A DNA stretch of 64,000 nt, taken from assembly GCA_020350445.1 (NCBI GenBank), contig CP070717.1:3793904-3857903 (forward strand), written 5' to 3'. The translations under genes and the position numbers were made by a program. The notes under the pieces were generated by a model that was not told the DNA's origin, did no database searches, and was given only the letters and a program-made list of their open reading frames with translations. This document shows, piece by piece, positions 1 through 9,855 of this stretch (position 1 is the stretch's first letter; every line of letters begins with the position of its first letter). This stretch comes from Acidobacteriota bacterium. GTDB lineage: Bacteria > Acidobacteriota > UBA6911 > RPQK01 > JAPXNP01.

Positions 1-1
1 G

Positions 2-1309
2 GGATACATCATCGGTGTGCGCTACGCAGCGATCATCTGTGCCGGTTCGCTCATGTCCTACTGGGTTCTGGTCCCCCAGGTCGCCCGAATCGGTTCGATT
101 ACGGCGAGTCCAATCTTTCCGGGACTGCCTCCGGTCGCCGGCCTGGGGGCTGAAGACATCTTCTTCGAGTATGTCCGCTTGATCGGCATTGGCGGGATCT
201 TTGCGGCTGGAGTACTCTCGATCCTGAAGATGAGTCCGGTCATGGCCCAGGCGATTGGCCAGGTTCTGAGGGAACTGAGGAAACTGTTCAAGGGAGGGGC
301 CTCGGCTGTGACTGAACGAACGGAATCCGATATTCCGATGCTGCAGGTCGCAGGGCTTTTAACCGTTACAACGATTGCGATTGGCACTTATTTTCGGTTT
401 GTCGTCCTGGCAGGGCAGGAAAATGCATCCGTGAAAGCCCTGGCCGCGCTTTTGATGACCCTGATCGTTTCGGGCCTGTTCGCCGCCGTGTCGGCCTGGG
501 CGATAGCGATGATATCGATCACACCGGTATCTGGAATGACGCTGACCACTCTCATTATTTCGGCTGTCGTCCTGGGGCAGTTTCTTGGACTGTCAGGTCA
601 GGAGGGAATGCTTGCCACTCTCCTCGTGGGAGGGGTGGTTTGTACCGCGCTGTCGATGACAGGTTCGATGGTGACCCTGATGAAGGTGGGTTACTGGGTG
701 GGAGGCACGCCGAAGAAAATCCAGTGGGCCCTGGTCGGTGGCAGTGCTGTGGCCTGTGTGACGGTAACGGCAGTGATCTTCCTTTTTGCGGAAACGCAGG
801 GATATGTCGTCTCAGCGGAACATCCCTCACCGATGCCCGCTCCGCAGGCCAATGCGATGGCAGCGGTGGTTCGCTCGATGATGGGATCGGCGGAAGCCCC
901 CTGGTTCCTTTACGGAGTGGGAGCTGTGATCGCCATCCTGGTTGAGATGACAGGGGTGTCGTCGCTGGCCTTTGCGCTGGGGATGTACCTCCCCCTTGAG
1001 CTGAACACACCCATTCTGGCCGGGGCGCTCGTTGCCGGGGCCGTTCGCCATTCCGCGGGAGGGGAACGCCTGACCGAGAAGCTGAGAAATGACCGAGGAA
1101 CTCTCGTGGCTTCAGGTCTGATCGCCGGAGGGGCTCTGGCCGGAGTCCTGCAAGGTATGACAGACTTGGTCCAGGACTGGACGGGGAGTCAACTCCCCTC
1201 CTTCGGTAATGATTCCTGGGGAGGGAACTGGCTGGGATTGGCTGTCTTTGTCTTGCTGGGAGTGGGTATCTACCTCGATGCAAGGCGTCTGAAGAATGGA
1301 GAGGAATAA
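2..1309 (+). CDS. OPT-family oligopeptide transporter, C-terminal ~430 aa; the 5' end runs off the window (the listed start at 17 is GTG in an open frame)
   Basis: Polytopic membrane protein collinear with and similar to the C-terminal two-thirds of the full OPT paralog at 2640-4610 (e.g. GMYLPLELNTPILAGALVAGAV vs GIYLPLSTMTPVFAGGCLKALV). No stop between position 2 and 17. Confidence 0.7.
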   Translation, partial: GYIIGVRYAAIICAGSLMSYWVLVPQVARIGSITASPIFPGLPPVAGLGAEDIFFEYVRLIGIGGIFAAGVLSILKMSPVMAQAIGQVLRELRKLFKGGASAVTERTESDIPMLQVAGLLTVTTIAIGTYFRFVVLAGQENASVKALAALLMTLIVSGLFAAVSAWAIAMISITPVSGMTLTTLIISAVVLGQFLGLSGQEGMLATLLVGGVVCTALSMTGSMVTLMKVGYWVGGTPKKIQWALVGGSAVACVTVTAVIFLFAETQGYVVSAEHPSPMPAPQANAMAAVVRSMMGSAEAPWFLYGVGAVIAILVEMTGVSSLAFALGMYLPLELNTPILAGALVAGAVRHSAGGERLTEKLRNDRGTLVASGLIAGGALAGVLQGMTDLVQDWTGSQLPSFGNDSWGGNWLGLAVFVLLGVGIYLDARRLKNGEE

Positions 1310-2496
1310 TGAGTGTAGAGATTCGACGAGAAGACTTGGAAACATGGGCGGACTATCTTTTGGACTGGTCGATTGGCGGCGTGGAGCCTGAAGATGTCGT
1401 GATGGTCAAGGGCGAGCGGATCGCCTGGCCGTTGATGTCGGTTTTGCAGGACAAGATCTTCGCCAGGGGAGCCATCGCCGATATCTGCCTGGTGCCACCC
1501 GACAACGATCGGGGGAAGGTCTGGGGCGCCTCGATCGCCCATCACGGAACTGTCGATCAGATCAGCCGGGTACCCGCCTGGCAGCAGCAGCGATACGAAG
1601 CGATGACCAAGTACATCGAAGTGATGGGAGCGGAATCACCTGAGCTCTTCGGTGGTCTCCCCGATGAGACAGCAACGGCAGTCATGCGGGCCGATGAGTT
1701 GTACAAGGGGATTCGACTCCTCAAGCCGTGGGTCATCACACTGTATCCAACCAAGGGCTTTGCCGATCTCGAAGAGATGTCTCTTGAAGAGTACACCGAC
1801 GTGATCGTCTCAGCCTCGACCGTTGACCCCCGGTTGCTCGACGACGTGGAGGAACCGCTGCGCATTGCAATGGAGCGGAGTCAGACGATCCGCATTGTCA
1901 CGGAGCATCCCCGAACCGGGAAGATGCTGGAACTGTCGATGGATATTGGTGGGCAGAACATTATCAAGTGTACGGGCACCCGGAACCTTCCGGACGGGGA
2001 GGTCTATACCAGTCCCGATTCCCGATCGACCGAGGGAGAAATCTTCGTCGATTTGCCGGTGTTTCAGGGGGGCGAGACCATTCAGGGAATCTTTCTCAGA
2101 TTTCAGGGTGGGGTGATCCAGGAGTACTCGGCCGAGGTCGGGCACGAGGCCCTTGCCAAGGTGATCGAAACCGACGCCGGTTCCCGCCGTCTCGGCGAGG
2201 TCGCCCTGGGTGTGAACACTGGGATTGAGAAGGTGTTGCGGCACCCACTCTTCGTTGAAAAGGTCGGGGGCACCCTGCACATTGCCATAGGGGCCAGTTA
2301 TCCGGAAGCCTACATTTCGGATCCGGGTTCGCCGGAGGGCAGGGCCCGGACGGCGGAACTCGCTAAGCTGGGATCGTTGAATCAATCGGCTCAGCACGTC
2401 GATATCGTCACCGATTTTCGTCCCGGTGGGAGCGGACGAGCCGTCTACCTCGATAATGAAAAGCTCGAAGTCGTCGGAAATACCTGGAAGATTTGA
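1309..2496 (+). CDS. M29-family aminopeptidase (aminopeptidase T / AmpS-like)
   Basis: 395 aa soluble protein whose length and N-terminal region resemble thermophilic M29 metallo-aminopeptidases. Its start ATG overlaps the upstream OPT stop (ATGA), which suggests translational coupling. Confidence 0.6.
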   Translation: MSVEIRREDLETWADYLLDWSIGGVEPEDVVMVKGERIAWPLMSVLQDKIFARGAIADICLVPPDNDRGKVWGASIAHHGTVDQISRVPAWQQQRYEAMTKYIEVMGAESPELFGGLPDETATAVMRADELYKGIRLLKPWVITLYPTKGFADLEEMSLEEYTDVIVSASTVDPRLLDDVEEPLRIAMERSQTIRIVTEHPRTGKMLELSMDIGGQNIIKCTGTRNLPDGEVYTSPDSRSTEGEIFVDLPVFQGGETIQGIFLRFQGGVIQEYSAEVGHEALAKVIETDAGSRRLGEVALGVNTGIEKVLRHPLFVEKVGGTLHIAIGASYPEAYISDPGSPEGRARTAELAKLGSLNQSAQHVDIVTDFRPGGSGRAVYLDNEKLEVVGNTWKI

Positions 2497-2556
2497 GCCC
2501 GATCAAAAGTACGACAAGCTTCCAGCTTGTCTCTTTCAGCTATCGAGTACAGCCAA

Positions 2557-2637
2557 CCGGTTAGCCCGTTAGCCGGTTAGCCGGTTAGCCCGTTAGCCGG
2601 TTAGTCGGTTAGCCCGTTAGCCGGTTAGCCCGTTAAC
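2557..2637. repeat. Tandem 8-bp repeat (CCGGTTAG / CCCGTTAG), about 10 copies, intergenic and immediately upstream of the OPT transporter start
   Basis: Read directly: ccggttag cccgttag ccggttag ccggttag cccgttag ccggttag tcggttag cccgttag ccggttag cccgttaa. Confidence 0.9.
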
Positions 2638-2639
2638 CA

Positions 2640-4610
2640 TTGACCACACGAGGACCGATGGAGAAGGAAAGTATGAGTGAGCACAGACCTTACGTTCCGG
2701 AGAATACCACCATGGCGGACTGGTCCTGGCGGGGACTGGTCCTGGGGATTGTTTTCGGAGCGATCCTGGGATCGGCTAATGCCTACCTGGGACTTCGTGT
2801 GGGGCTGACGATCAGTACGTCGATTCCGCTGGCCGTCATAATGGTGGCAGCTTTTGCCGCCTTGCGACCACTGATTGGGCGGGGCACGATTCTCGATGTG
2901 AATATCGGGCAGACCGCGGGCTCGGCCTCTTCGTCTCTGGCCTCGGGGATCATCTTCACGATTCCGGCCTTGTTCATGTGGGGGCTGGCACCGACCCTGG
3001 GAAAGGGATGGCTGGAGGTGGCCTTGCTGGCTCTGTGCGGAGGGGTACTCGGCATCCTCTTCATGATTCCCCTGCGGCCGTTTCTGATCGTCCAGGAACA
3101 CAAGAACCTCCCCTATCCCGAGGGTACGGCTTCGGCCGCTGTGCTCGAAGCTGCAGACGGGGGTGGAGCAAAGGCCCGTCCCGTCTTCACTGGATTGATT
3201 CTGGGGGCCTTCTACAAGGCAATCCTGTCATTGGCTCAGCTCTGGCCCGGGGAGGTCGAACTGCGTCTACCGGTACTCAAGAAGGGGCTGTTGGGAATTG
3301 AGCCGACCCCAGCCCTGCTGGGTGTGGGGTATGTGCTGGGTTATCGGATCTCCGCCATTATGGTTGCCGGGGGATTGCTCTCCTGGCTGGGTCTCATCCC
3401 GCTCATGGCTCTTTTTGGAGAATCACTCCAGAGCCCGCTGTTTCCCGATCTGTTTCCGGATGGAAGTACTCCGAAGTTGATCAGTGAGATGTCGGCCCAT
3501 GAGATTTGGAGTCGGTATGTTCGCTATGTCGGGGCGGGGGCGGTTGCGACTGCCGGAATCATCGCGGTCATCAAGGCGCTGCCGGTGATGGTGGCCTCGG
3601 TTAAGGAGGGGCTGCGAGGTTTGGCGGCTCGGTCGCAGATCGGTGTCTCCGCGAAGCTGAGAACGAGTCGAGACCTTCCAATGAGCTTTGTCCTGGCTGG
3701 TACAGCCGCGGTTGTTCTGATTCTTGCTCTCGTTCCTGGTGTGATGGGCGGAGGGGCCCCGATCCTGTTTCGGATGATTGCGTCCATTTGTGTCGCCGTC
3801 TTCGCCTTCCTGTTCGTGACCGTCTCTTCGCGAATCGTCGGATTGGTGGGGGTGACTTCGAATCCGACCTCGGGGATGGCGATCGTGACACTGATCGGTA
3901 CCAGTGTTCTTTTCTATTCGCTGGGATGGACCGACGCGGTGGGCAAGGTGACAGTCCTGACCATCGGAACCGTTGTCTGCGTTGCGGCCTCGATCGCTGG
4001 GGATATCTCCCAGGATTTGAAGACGGGTTATTTGATCGGGGCGACGCCGGGTCGTCAGCAGACCGCCGAACTGCTGGGGGCGATCGTCAACGCTTCGGTG
4101 ATTGCCGGAGTGGTTTTGCTGCTCGGCAGTCAGTATGGATTCGGAGGCGCCGATTTCCCGGCTCCGCAGGCTACCCTGATGAAGACGGTCATCGATGGGG
4201 TCTTGAATGCCAATCTGCCCTGGGGACTCGTACTGACAGGAGCTGCATTCTCTCTGGTTGCCGAACTTCTTGGGATCCCGTCGCTGGCCTTTGCTGTCGG
4301 GATCTACCTGCCCCTCTCGACGATGACCCCGGTCTTCGCCGGGGGCTGTCTCAAAGCTCTTGTAGAATGGAGCAAGAGCCGTCGTAACCGGGAAGAACGC
4401 ACCGATCGGGGTGTGCTCTTCGCTTCGGGCCTGATCGCCGGGGAAGGTGTTATGGGGATTGGAGTTGCTGTCGCCGCCCTGATCACCGGTCAGCGTCCCG
4501 AAGGAATCGGGATCGCCTTTGAAGGAGTCCTGGGATCGGCTGTCTCGCTCGTGGGATTCGCTCTATTGGGTTGGATTCTATTTCGCACCGCGCGGAAGCA
4601 GGCTGGTTGA
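2640..4610 (+). CDS. OPT-family oligopeptide transporter, full length
   Basis: 656 aa with about 16 predicted TM segments and the characteristic OPT N-terminal region (WRGLVLGIVFGAILGSANAYLGLRVGLT). Paralog of the truncated ORF at the window start. Confidence 0.8.
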   Translation: MTTRGPMEKESMSEHRPYVPENTTMADWSWRGLVLGIVFGAILGSANAYLGLRVGLTISTSIPLAVIMVAAFAALRPLIGRGTILDVNIGQTAGSASSSLASGIIFTIPALFMWGLAPTLGKGWLEVALLALCGGVLGILFMIPLRPFLIVQEHKNLPYPEGTASAAVLEAADGGGAKARPVFTGLILGAFYKAILSLAQLWPGEVELRLPVLKKGLLGIEPTPALLGVGYVLGYRISAIMVAGGLLSWLGLIPLMALFGESLQSPLFPDLFPDGSTPKLISEMSAHEIWSRYVRYVGAGAVATAGIIAVIKALPVMVASVKEGLRGLAARSQIGVSAKLRTSRDLPMSFVLAGTAAVVLILALVPGVMGGGAPILFRMIASICVAVFAFLFVTVSSRIVGLVGVTSNPTSGMAIVTLIGTSVLFYSLGWTDAVGKVTVLTIGTVVCVAASIAGDISQDLKTGYLIGATPGRQQTAELLGAIVNASVIAGVVLLLGSQYGFGGADFPAPQATLMKTVIDGVLNANLPWGLVLTGAAFSLVAELLGIPSLAFAVGIYLPLSTMTPVFAGGCLKALVEWSKSRRNREERTDRGVLFASGLIAGEGVMGIGVAVAALITGQRPEGIGIAFEGVLGSAVSLVGFALLGWILFRTARKQAG

Positions 4611-4653
4611 TCGATCGGGTCAAGCAGCTGGCCGCAATGAGGAGTTCGGTATT

Positions 4654-5727
4654 ATGCAGGTTAAGTTGCGGTCGATTGGTCACAGGTGGATCGCCGTCTG
4701 GTTGATCGTCGGTCTTAGTTGTTTGGCTGTCGTCTCTGCCAGAACGAAGACCGATGTTATCCGTCTAAAAAACGGGGACCGAATTACGGGCGAGATCAAG
4801 AGGCTGGAGAGGGGGAAGCTCTCCCTGAGTACGGACGCGATGGGCACGATTGACATCGAGTGGGACGATATTCAATCGGTTGTCAGCGGCTTTCTTTTCG
4901 AGGTCGAGACGAAAGAGGGCCGAAAGTTCTATGGAACGCTGCAAAGCTTCGATGATCGGCCCAGTGTCGAGGTTCAGACGATGATGGGGGCAGTGGAGCT
5001 GAGACACCCGGATGTTGTTCGTATAGGAGCCCTCGAAGAGCAATTCCTCGGGCGGTTCAACGGCTCCGTTGACGCGGGTTTCAGTTTTACAAAGGCCAAC
5101 CAGGATACCCAGTGGAACGCGTCCAGCAGTGTGAGGTACGAGTGGAGGAAGACCGCCTTCACAGCGACCGCGAGTTCGCTGTTTTCTAGCCAGGAAGGCT
5201 CATCCCAGATCAATCGTCACGACGTCTCGTTCACCTTCCGGCGAAGCTTCGCTCCGCGCTGGTTCGCGTTGGGAATGGCTCAGGTAGGGACGAATGATGA
5301 ACTGCAACTCGATCTCAGAACCACGGGTGGCGGCGGTGTAGGACGTTCTCTGATCCAGTCGAATACGATGCTGATGTCGGTCGGCGGCGGGCTGGCAGTA
5401 ACGAAGGAAAACTACAGCGCAGCAAACGATTCATCGGGAATGGAAGCATTCTTCGCCTGGAACTTTCAGTCTTTCCTCTATGACTCTCCCAAACTCGATC
5501 TGGTTACCCAGGTTCTCACCTTTCCCAGTCTTACCGACGCAGGCCGTGTCCGAATCGATTTCTCAGCCAAAATCCGATATGAGATCTTCAAGGACTTCTA
5601 CTGGAGCGTGAGCTTCTTTGATAACTTCGACAGCCGGCCACCTGAGAGTGAAATCAGCCCTGCTTCCGGGATCGGGTTGGAGAGGAACGACTACTCGTTC
5701 TCGACCGGGCTGGGCTGGAGTTTCTAG
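4654..5727 (+). CDS. DUF481 (YdiY-like) outer-membrane beta-barrel protein
   Basis: Start chosen at MQVKLRSIGHRWIAVWLIVGLSCLAVVSA (signal peptide, GGAG RBS at about 4641). It has alternating amphipathic beta-strand patterns and a C-terminal aromatic residue (…GLGWSF). The upstream part of the listed ORF overlaps the OPT gene and is probably not coding. Confidence 0.55.
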   Translation: MQVKLRSIGHRWIAVWLIVGLSCLAVVSARTKTDVIRLKNGDRITGEIKRLERGKLSLSTDAMGTIDIEWDDIQSVVSGFLFEVETKEGRKFYGTLQSFDDRPSVEVQTMMGAVELRHPDVVRIGALEEQFLGRFNGSVDAGFSFTKANQDTQWNASSSVRYEWRKTAFTATASSLFSSQEGSSQINRHDVSFTFRRSFAPRWFALGMAQVGTNDELQLDLRTTGGGGVGRSLIQSNTMLMSVGGGLAVTKENYSAANDSSGMEAFFAWNFQSFLYDSPKLDLVTQVLTFPSLTDAGRVRIDFSAKIRYEIFKDFYWSVSFFDNFDSRPPESEISPASGIGLERNDYSFSTGLGWSF

Positions 5728-5743
5728 GTCCCGAAGTGTTCGT

Positions 5744-6751
5744 TTACGGGGAGATCGGCCTCCCGGATCTTCGCGATTCTACGGCTGCCAATGCCAGCTG
5801 GAGCGCCTGTGCCGATTCACTTGGCGGGCAGAGAGGGTCAGGGGTATCCCTTTCACAGGCATCGGCAAAGGCTTGGAGTTCCGCTCGGAACCCATCCCCT
5901 TCCGTGAGTTCGAACTCTTCAGCCGGTTTGCCGGGGAGATAACGGGATAACCGTCTTAGGCCGGAGTGATAATCGAGGGTTCCCTCTGAGCCGGTCAACG
6001 TGAATTCCATCGAGAAGGGATAGTCTCCCGGCTGCCAGCCCCCGGAAACCACGACGATGGGGCCGTCAGAGTAGGTCAATTCCGCTTCAAGGATGTCGAT
6101 GCCATGTTCCTTCTGTTCGGAGCCGGTTGCGCGTACCTCGGCCGGCATTCCGAAGAGATGGATGCAGAAGTCGAAATCATGGATGAGCAGATCGAAGGCT
6201 CCGCCCCCACTCTGTTTCGCATCATGAATCCAGGGATTCCAAGTCGGAGCTCCACACTTTCGCCGGAAGACAGCCATCTGAAGGCTCCCGATAGAGCCTT
6301 CCGCAAGCTCGCTGCGCGCCCGGACGTAGTCGGGCCAGAAGCGCAGTACTTGAGCGACCATCAGGATTCGGCCTGCCTTTTCACTCTCACGCAGCATCTG
6401 TTCGGCATGTGCTGGGTTGAGAGCCATCGGTTTCTCGACGAGGACGTGTTTTCCGGCTTGAAGCGCCTGAATCGCAAGAGGTGCATGCAGGTGAGTCGGA
6501 ACACAGAGGTCGACGGCATCCACACTGGGATCGGCGAAGAGCGATTCCGGGTTAGAGTAGCGCGCACAGTTCGTGAAATCGACCTTAGCGGCGCCAGTCC
6601 CCAGGTTTCCTCCGACCTGGCTGAGATCTCCTTCGAGCTTTCGCGGATCCCCACTGGCGACTGCGACCAGCTGGGCATTTGAGACCTGGGACCAAGCCTG
6701 CAGATGGGTGCTTCCCATGAACCCGAGGCCAACGACTCCAATTCTGATCAT
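5744..6751 (-). CDS. Gfo/Idh/MocA-family NAD(P)-dependent oxidoreductase
   Basis: N-terminal Rossmann motif MIRIGVVGLGFMGSTH and an EKP motif (VLVEKPMA) typical of the Gfo/Idh/MocA family. Start placed at the MIRIG Met. Confidence 0.8.
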   Translation of the reverse strand: MIRIGVVGLGFMGSTHLQAWSQVSNAQLVAVASGDPRKLEGDLSQVGGNLGTGAAKVDFTNCARYSNPESLFADPSVDAVDLCVPTHLHAPLAIQALQAGKHVLVEKPMALNPAHAEQMLRESEKAGRILMVAQVLRFWPDYVRARSELAEGSIGSLQMAVFRRKCGAPTWNPWIHDAKQSGGGAFDLLIHDFDFCIHLFGMPAEVRATGSEQKEHGIDILEAELTYSDGPIVVVSGGWQPGDYPFSMEFTLTGSEGTLDYHSGLRRLSRYLPGKPAEEFELTEGDGFRAELQAFADACERDTPDPLCPPSESAQALQLALAAVESRRSGRPISP

Positions 6752-6909
6752 CTCTTCTCTCTCCTTCCGTATTCCCGTGTCCACCTCTAAGGCCACAAGT
6801 CAAGGCTCGCCGAGGGTCTCCGCCAGTGAGATACCCTCGAGGCGGTTCCATCGGAGCGGAGCCGGGAGCCTGAAACTATCAATCTGGCCTCAAATGTCAA
6901 GGCGTCGGG

Positions 6910-7668
6910 TCAAAACTTGAAGAGGAAGCTGGCCACGAAGGCGACGTCATTCTTCTTCGTATCCGCTGAAGGGGGTTTGTTCTTGAAATCGTCGATGAGC
7001 TCGACCTTGAGTTCGGTCTGCTTGGTCACTGAGGCGGCGACTCCAATCGCGAAATGGTAGAGTGCATCCTCGAAATCATCCATCTTCCAGAGCGCCGCGA
7101 AGTTCTGAGTCAAGCGGGCACTGTCTGAAAAAGCAAAATCGAGGTTCTGTCCCAGGTTCAACGAACCGCTTGATCTCGTGTCCTGATCCAGGTTGTTCTC
7201 CCAGACCGCTCCAGCACCCCCATCAACCTGCAGGGACATGCGGTCCGTATCATAAAGGCGGTAACCGATCCCTCCGTTTGGATTCACGAGATAGTTAATT
7301 TCCTTGAATGGGTCGCGCAGGTATCCAAGATCCCCGTAGACGAAGGCCCGGTCAGACAGGGTGTATTCATCACGAAATCCGAGTCGGAGCCGATCCACCG
7401 TCTTCTCATCGCTTTCGGATCCGCGGAGGTACAAGCCCGTGAACTTCATGAGGTTCTTTGTCTTCGGATCCCTCAGCAGATTGAAAGACGCGTTGAAGTT
7501 GGTAGTCTCGGAGTTTCCGCTGGTGAGTGAAAGTCCGGCGCCAAAGTCTCCAGTCCAGATTTTTGGGGGAGCTGCGGCGGGATCAACGGCCGGATCAGCA
7601 TCCTGTCCAACGACTGGAGAAACAAGGGTCACACAAAGCAAAAGTAATAGAGATAGTTTCTTTATCAT
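6910..7668 (-). CDS. DUF481 (YdiY-like) outer-membrane beta-barrel protein, paralog of the one at 4654-5727
   Basis: Signal peptide MIKKLSLLLLLCVTLVSPVVGQ, beta-strand-rich sequence and C-terminal …FLFKF. Similar architecture to the 4654-5727 protein. Confidence 0.5.
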   Translation of the reverse strand: MIKKLSLLLLLCVTLVSPVVGQDADPAVDPAAAPPKIWTGDFGAGLSLTSGNSETTNFNASFNLLRDPKTKNLMKFTGLYLRGSESDEKTVDRLRLGFRDEYTLSDRAFVYGDLGYLRDPFKEINYLVNPNGGIGYRLYDTDRMSLQVDGGAGAVWENNLDQDTRSSGSLNLGQNLDFAFSDSARLTQNFAALWKMDDFEDALYHFAIGVAASVTKQTELKVELIDDFKNKPPSADTKKNDVAFVASFLFKF

Positions 7669-7764
7669 TTTTTGAAATGCCCTCCTCGTCAACTTCACAA
7701 GATGAGACATCTACCGGCGAGGATTCAGCAGAATCGCTGCAACATTCAATGTCGGTTCGAAACC

Positions 7765-9744
7765 TTAGCGCTGCTGGTCAAGCAGGCGGGAGATGATCCT
7801 TTCGACGTCGTAGATCGCCCCTCGCCAGGTTCCTCCACTGACTTCCTGAAGTGCGGCCCAAAGTCGTGTGTCGTCGGGGAGTCCGGCCCGTGGAGCAAGA
7901 TCGGGGTGTGGCGGACGTTCGGCGAGTTCCCTAAAAGCCTCTTCTCCATCGAGCCGACCGCGTGACGTTCCAACCAGATCAACCTTACCCTCCAGCTTCG
8001 ACCGATCGACGACTACCCGAATGCGATCGCCGTCCCGTACCTTTGAGATGGGACCACCGGCCAGTGCCTCGGGCCCGATGTGCCCGATACAAGGACCAGT
8101 CGAAACCCCGGAGAACCTTCCGTCCGTCAGGACGGTGATTTCTTTGCCCCAGGGGATGAACTTCAGGGCCGCGGTGATTTGAAAGATCTCCTCCATGCCG
8201 GTACCTGCCGGCCCGCTTCCGATCAGGACCAGCATATCTCCCGGCTGAAGGGGGTTTGAGGTACGGCCCTTGATGGCGCGAATCGCGGCCTCCTCGGTCG
8301 TGAAGACTCGTGCGGGGCCTTCGCGTTCGAAAACACCTTCCTCGTTGAGCAGGCTGGGATCGATAGCCGTTGCCTTGATGACGGAGCCCTGCGGAGCCAG
8401 GTTACCGGTTGGAAAAACAAGTGTGCTGCCCAGCGAGGTCTTCGAAGACTCTCCGGGAGCGCGAATAACTTCACTGGGATCGATTCCCACAACTTCCCGG
8501 AGACGGTCGCGGGCTACTGAACGGCGCTCGCTTTCTTCCCATTGCGCCAGCACTTCTCCAAGGGTGACGCCGCTGACCGTCAGGACGTCCAGGTGCAGGA
8601 GATTCTGATCCCTGAGATGCAGCATGACCTCGGGGACTCCTCCGGCCATGTAGACAAATGCAGTGGGATGGTTGCGGGGACCATTCGGGAGACAATCGAC
8701 GAGACGGGCTGTGGCCCGGCTTGCGGCCTGCCAGTCAGCGACATCGGGAATCCGTAAACCTGCAGCGTGCGCGATGGCGGGAAGGTGAAGCAGAAGATTG
8801 GTGGAACCTCCAAAGGCCGCATGAACGAGCATAGCGTTTTCAATCGACCGATCGGTGAGGATCTCTTTCAACGGCCGGTTCTGCAGACGGAGGTTTTCGA
8901 GGGCATGGGCTGACCGAACCGCGAGTTCATGCCAGACCGGTTCTCCCGACGGGATGAGGGCGGAATGCGGCAGGGCGATGCCCAGCGCTTCTGCGACGAC
9001 TTGCGAGGTCGCGGCTGTTCCCAAGAACTGACAACCACCTCCAGGTGATCCACAGGCTCGACAGCCCATCGTCGCGGCATGCTCGAGAGAGATAACGCCG
9101 TCGGCGAATCGGGCTCCGAGGCTCTGGACGGTTCCCAGGTCTTCTGCGTCCCGGGTTGGCAGCGTGACGCCGCCGGGAACCAGGATCGAAGGCAGCTGCG
9201 ATGAACCGGCAAGGGCCAGCATCATGGCGGGGAGACCCTTGTCGCAGGTTGCGATCCCCAGCACGGCGTTCCGAGTGGGAAGGGACCGGATCAGCCGCCG
9301 AAAAACGGTGGCTGCGTCGTTGCGATAGGGAAGGCTGTCCATCATTCCCGGCGTGCCCTGGGTGCGTCCGTCGCAGGGATCGGAACAGTAGGCGGCGTAG
9401 GGGATTCCACCCAGCTCTTTGACCGTTTGAGCCGCCCGGGAAACCAGCGCCTGCAGTTCCCAGTGGCCAGTATGGTAGCCCAGTGCAATCGGCGCCCCGT
9501 CGGCGTCCTGGAGTCCGCCATGGGTACTGAGGATAAGGACCTCGCTTCTCTTGAGCTGGCTGGGATCCCATCCCATGCCAGCGTTCTGGGTCATGCCAAA
9601 GACGAATCCGCTCGGTCTTTCGAGAAGGTCCTCTTTGGTGAGAGGAAGCTGTCCGGGCGGTCCCTCACCGATGAGGCGAGTCTTGGTGAGGACCTGGGAC
9701 GAGCCCAGGAAATTCATGTCGGGCTTGCAGGGCTGCTGTTGCAT
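7765..9744 (-). CDS. IlvD/EDD-family dehydratase, long form (YjhG/YagF-like sugar-acid dehydratase, about 655 aa)
   Basis: ILVD_EDD-like sequence (ATCDKGLPAMMLALA, CDGRTQGT, and the Fe-S ligand region GRFSGVSTGPCIGHIGPEA). At 659 aa it matches the long xylonate/arabinonate dehydratase subgroup rather than canonical IlvD. Confidence 0.75.
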   Translation of the reverse strand: MQQQPCKPDMNFLGSSQVLTKTRLIGEGPPGQLPLTKEDLLERPSGFVFGMTQNAGMGWDPSQLKRSEVLILSTHGGLQDADGAPIALGYHTGHWELQALVSRAAQTVKELGGIPYAAYCSDPCDGRTQGTPGMMDSLPYRNDAATVFRRLIRSLPTRNAVLGIATCDKGLPAMMLALAGSSQLPSILVPGGVTLPTRDAEDLGTVQSLGARFADGVISLEHAATMGCRACGSPGGGCQFLGTAATSQVVAEALGIALPHSALIPSGEPVWHELAVRSAHALENLRLQNRPLKEILTDRSIENAMLVHAAFGGSTNLLLHLPAIAHAAGLRIPDVADWQAASRATARLVDCLPNGPRNHPTAFVYMAGGVPEVMLHLRDQNLLHLDVLTVSGVTLGEVLAQWEESERRSVARDRLREVVGIDPSEVIRAPGESSKTSLGSTLVFPTGNLAPQGSVIKATAIDPSLLNEEGVFEREGPARVFTTEEAAIRAIKGRTSNPLQPGDMLVLIGSGPAGTGMEEIFQITAALKFIPWGKEITVLTDGRFSGVSTGPCIGHIGPEALAGGPISKVRDGDRIRVVVDRSKLEGKVDLVGTSRGRLDGEEAFRELAERPPHPDLAPRAGLPDDTRLWAALQEVSGGTWRGAIYDVERIISRLLDQQR

Positions 9745-9855
9745 AATCGGCCATGATAGGAGACAGCTGTCGAGGGGAGCAAGAACTCATTAACAGGAGA
9801 TCGCCCATTGAAGCGGGGCGCATCCCTTCAACGGCGGGCCGTCGAGCCCAGAGAG

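Noticed and set aside
555-1283. Long antisense ORFs inside bona fide genes (e.g. 555-1283, 8927-9571, 29173-30186, 31050-31895, 36697-37740, 43277-44245, 51833-52903)
   Set aside because: They lie opposite well-supported conserved genes and are Arg/Pro/Gly-rich with low complexity, typical of high-GC antisense frames. None has a recognisable motif.
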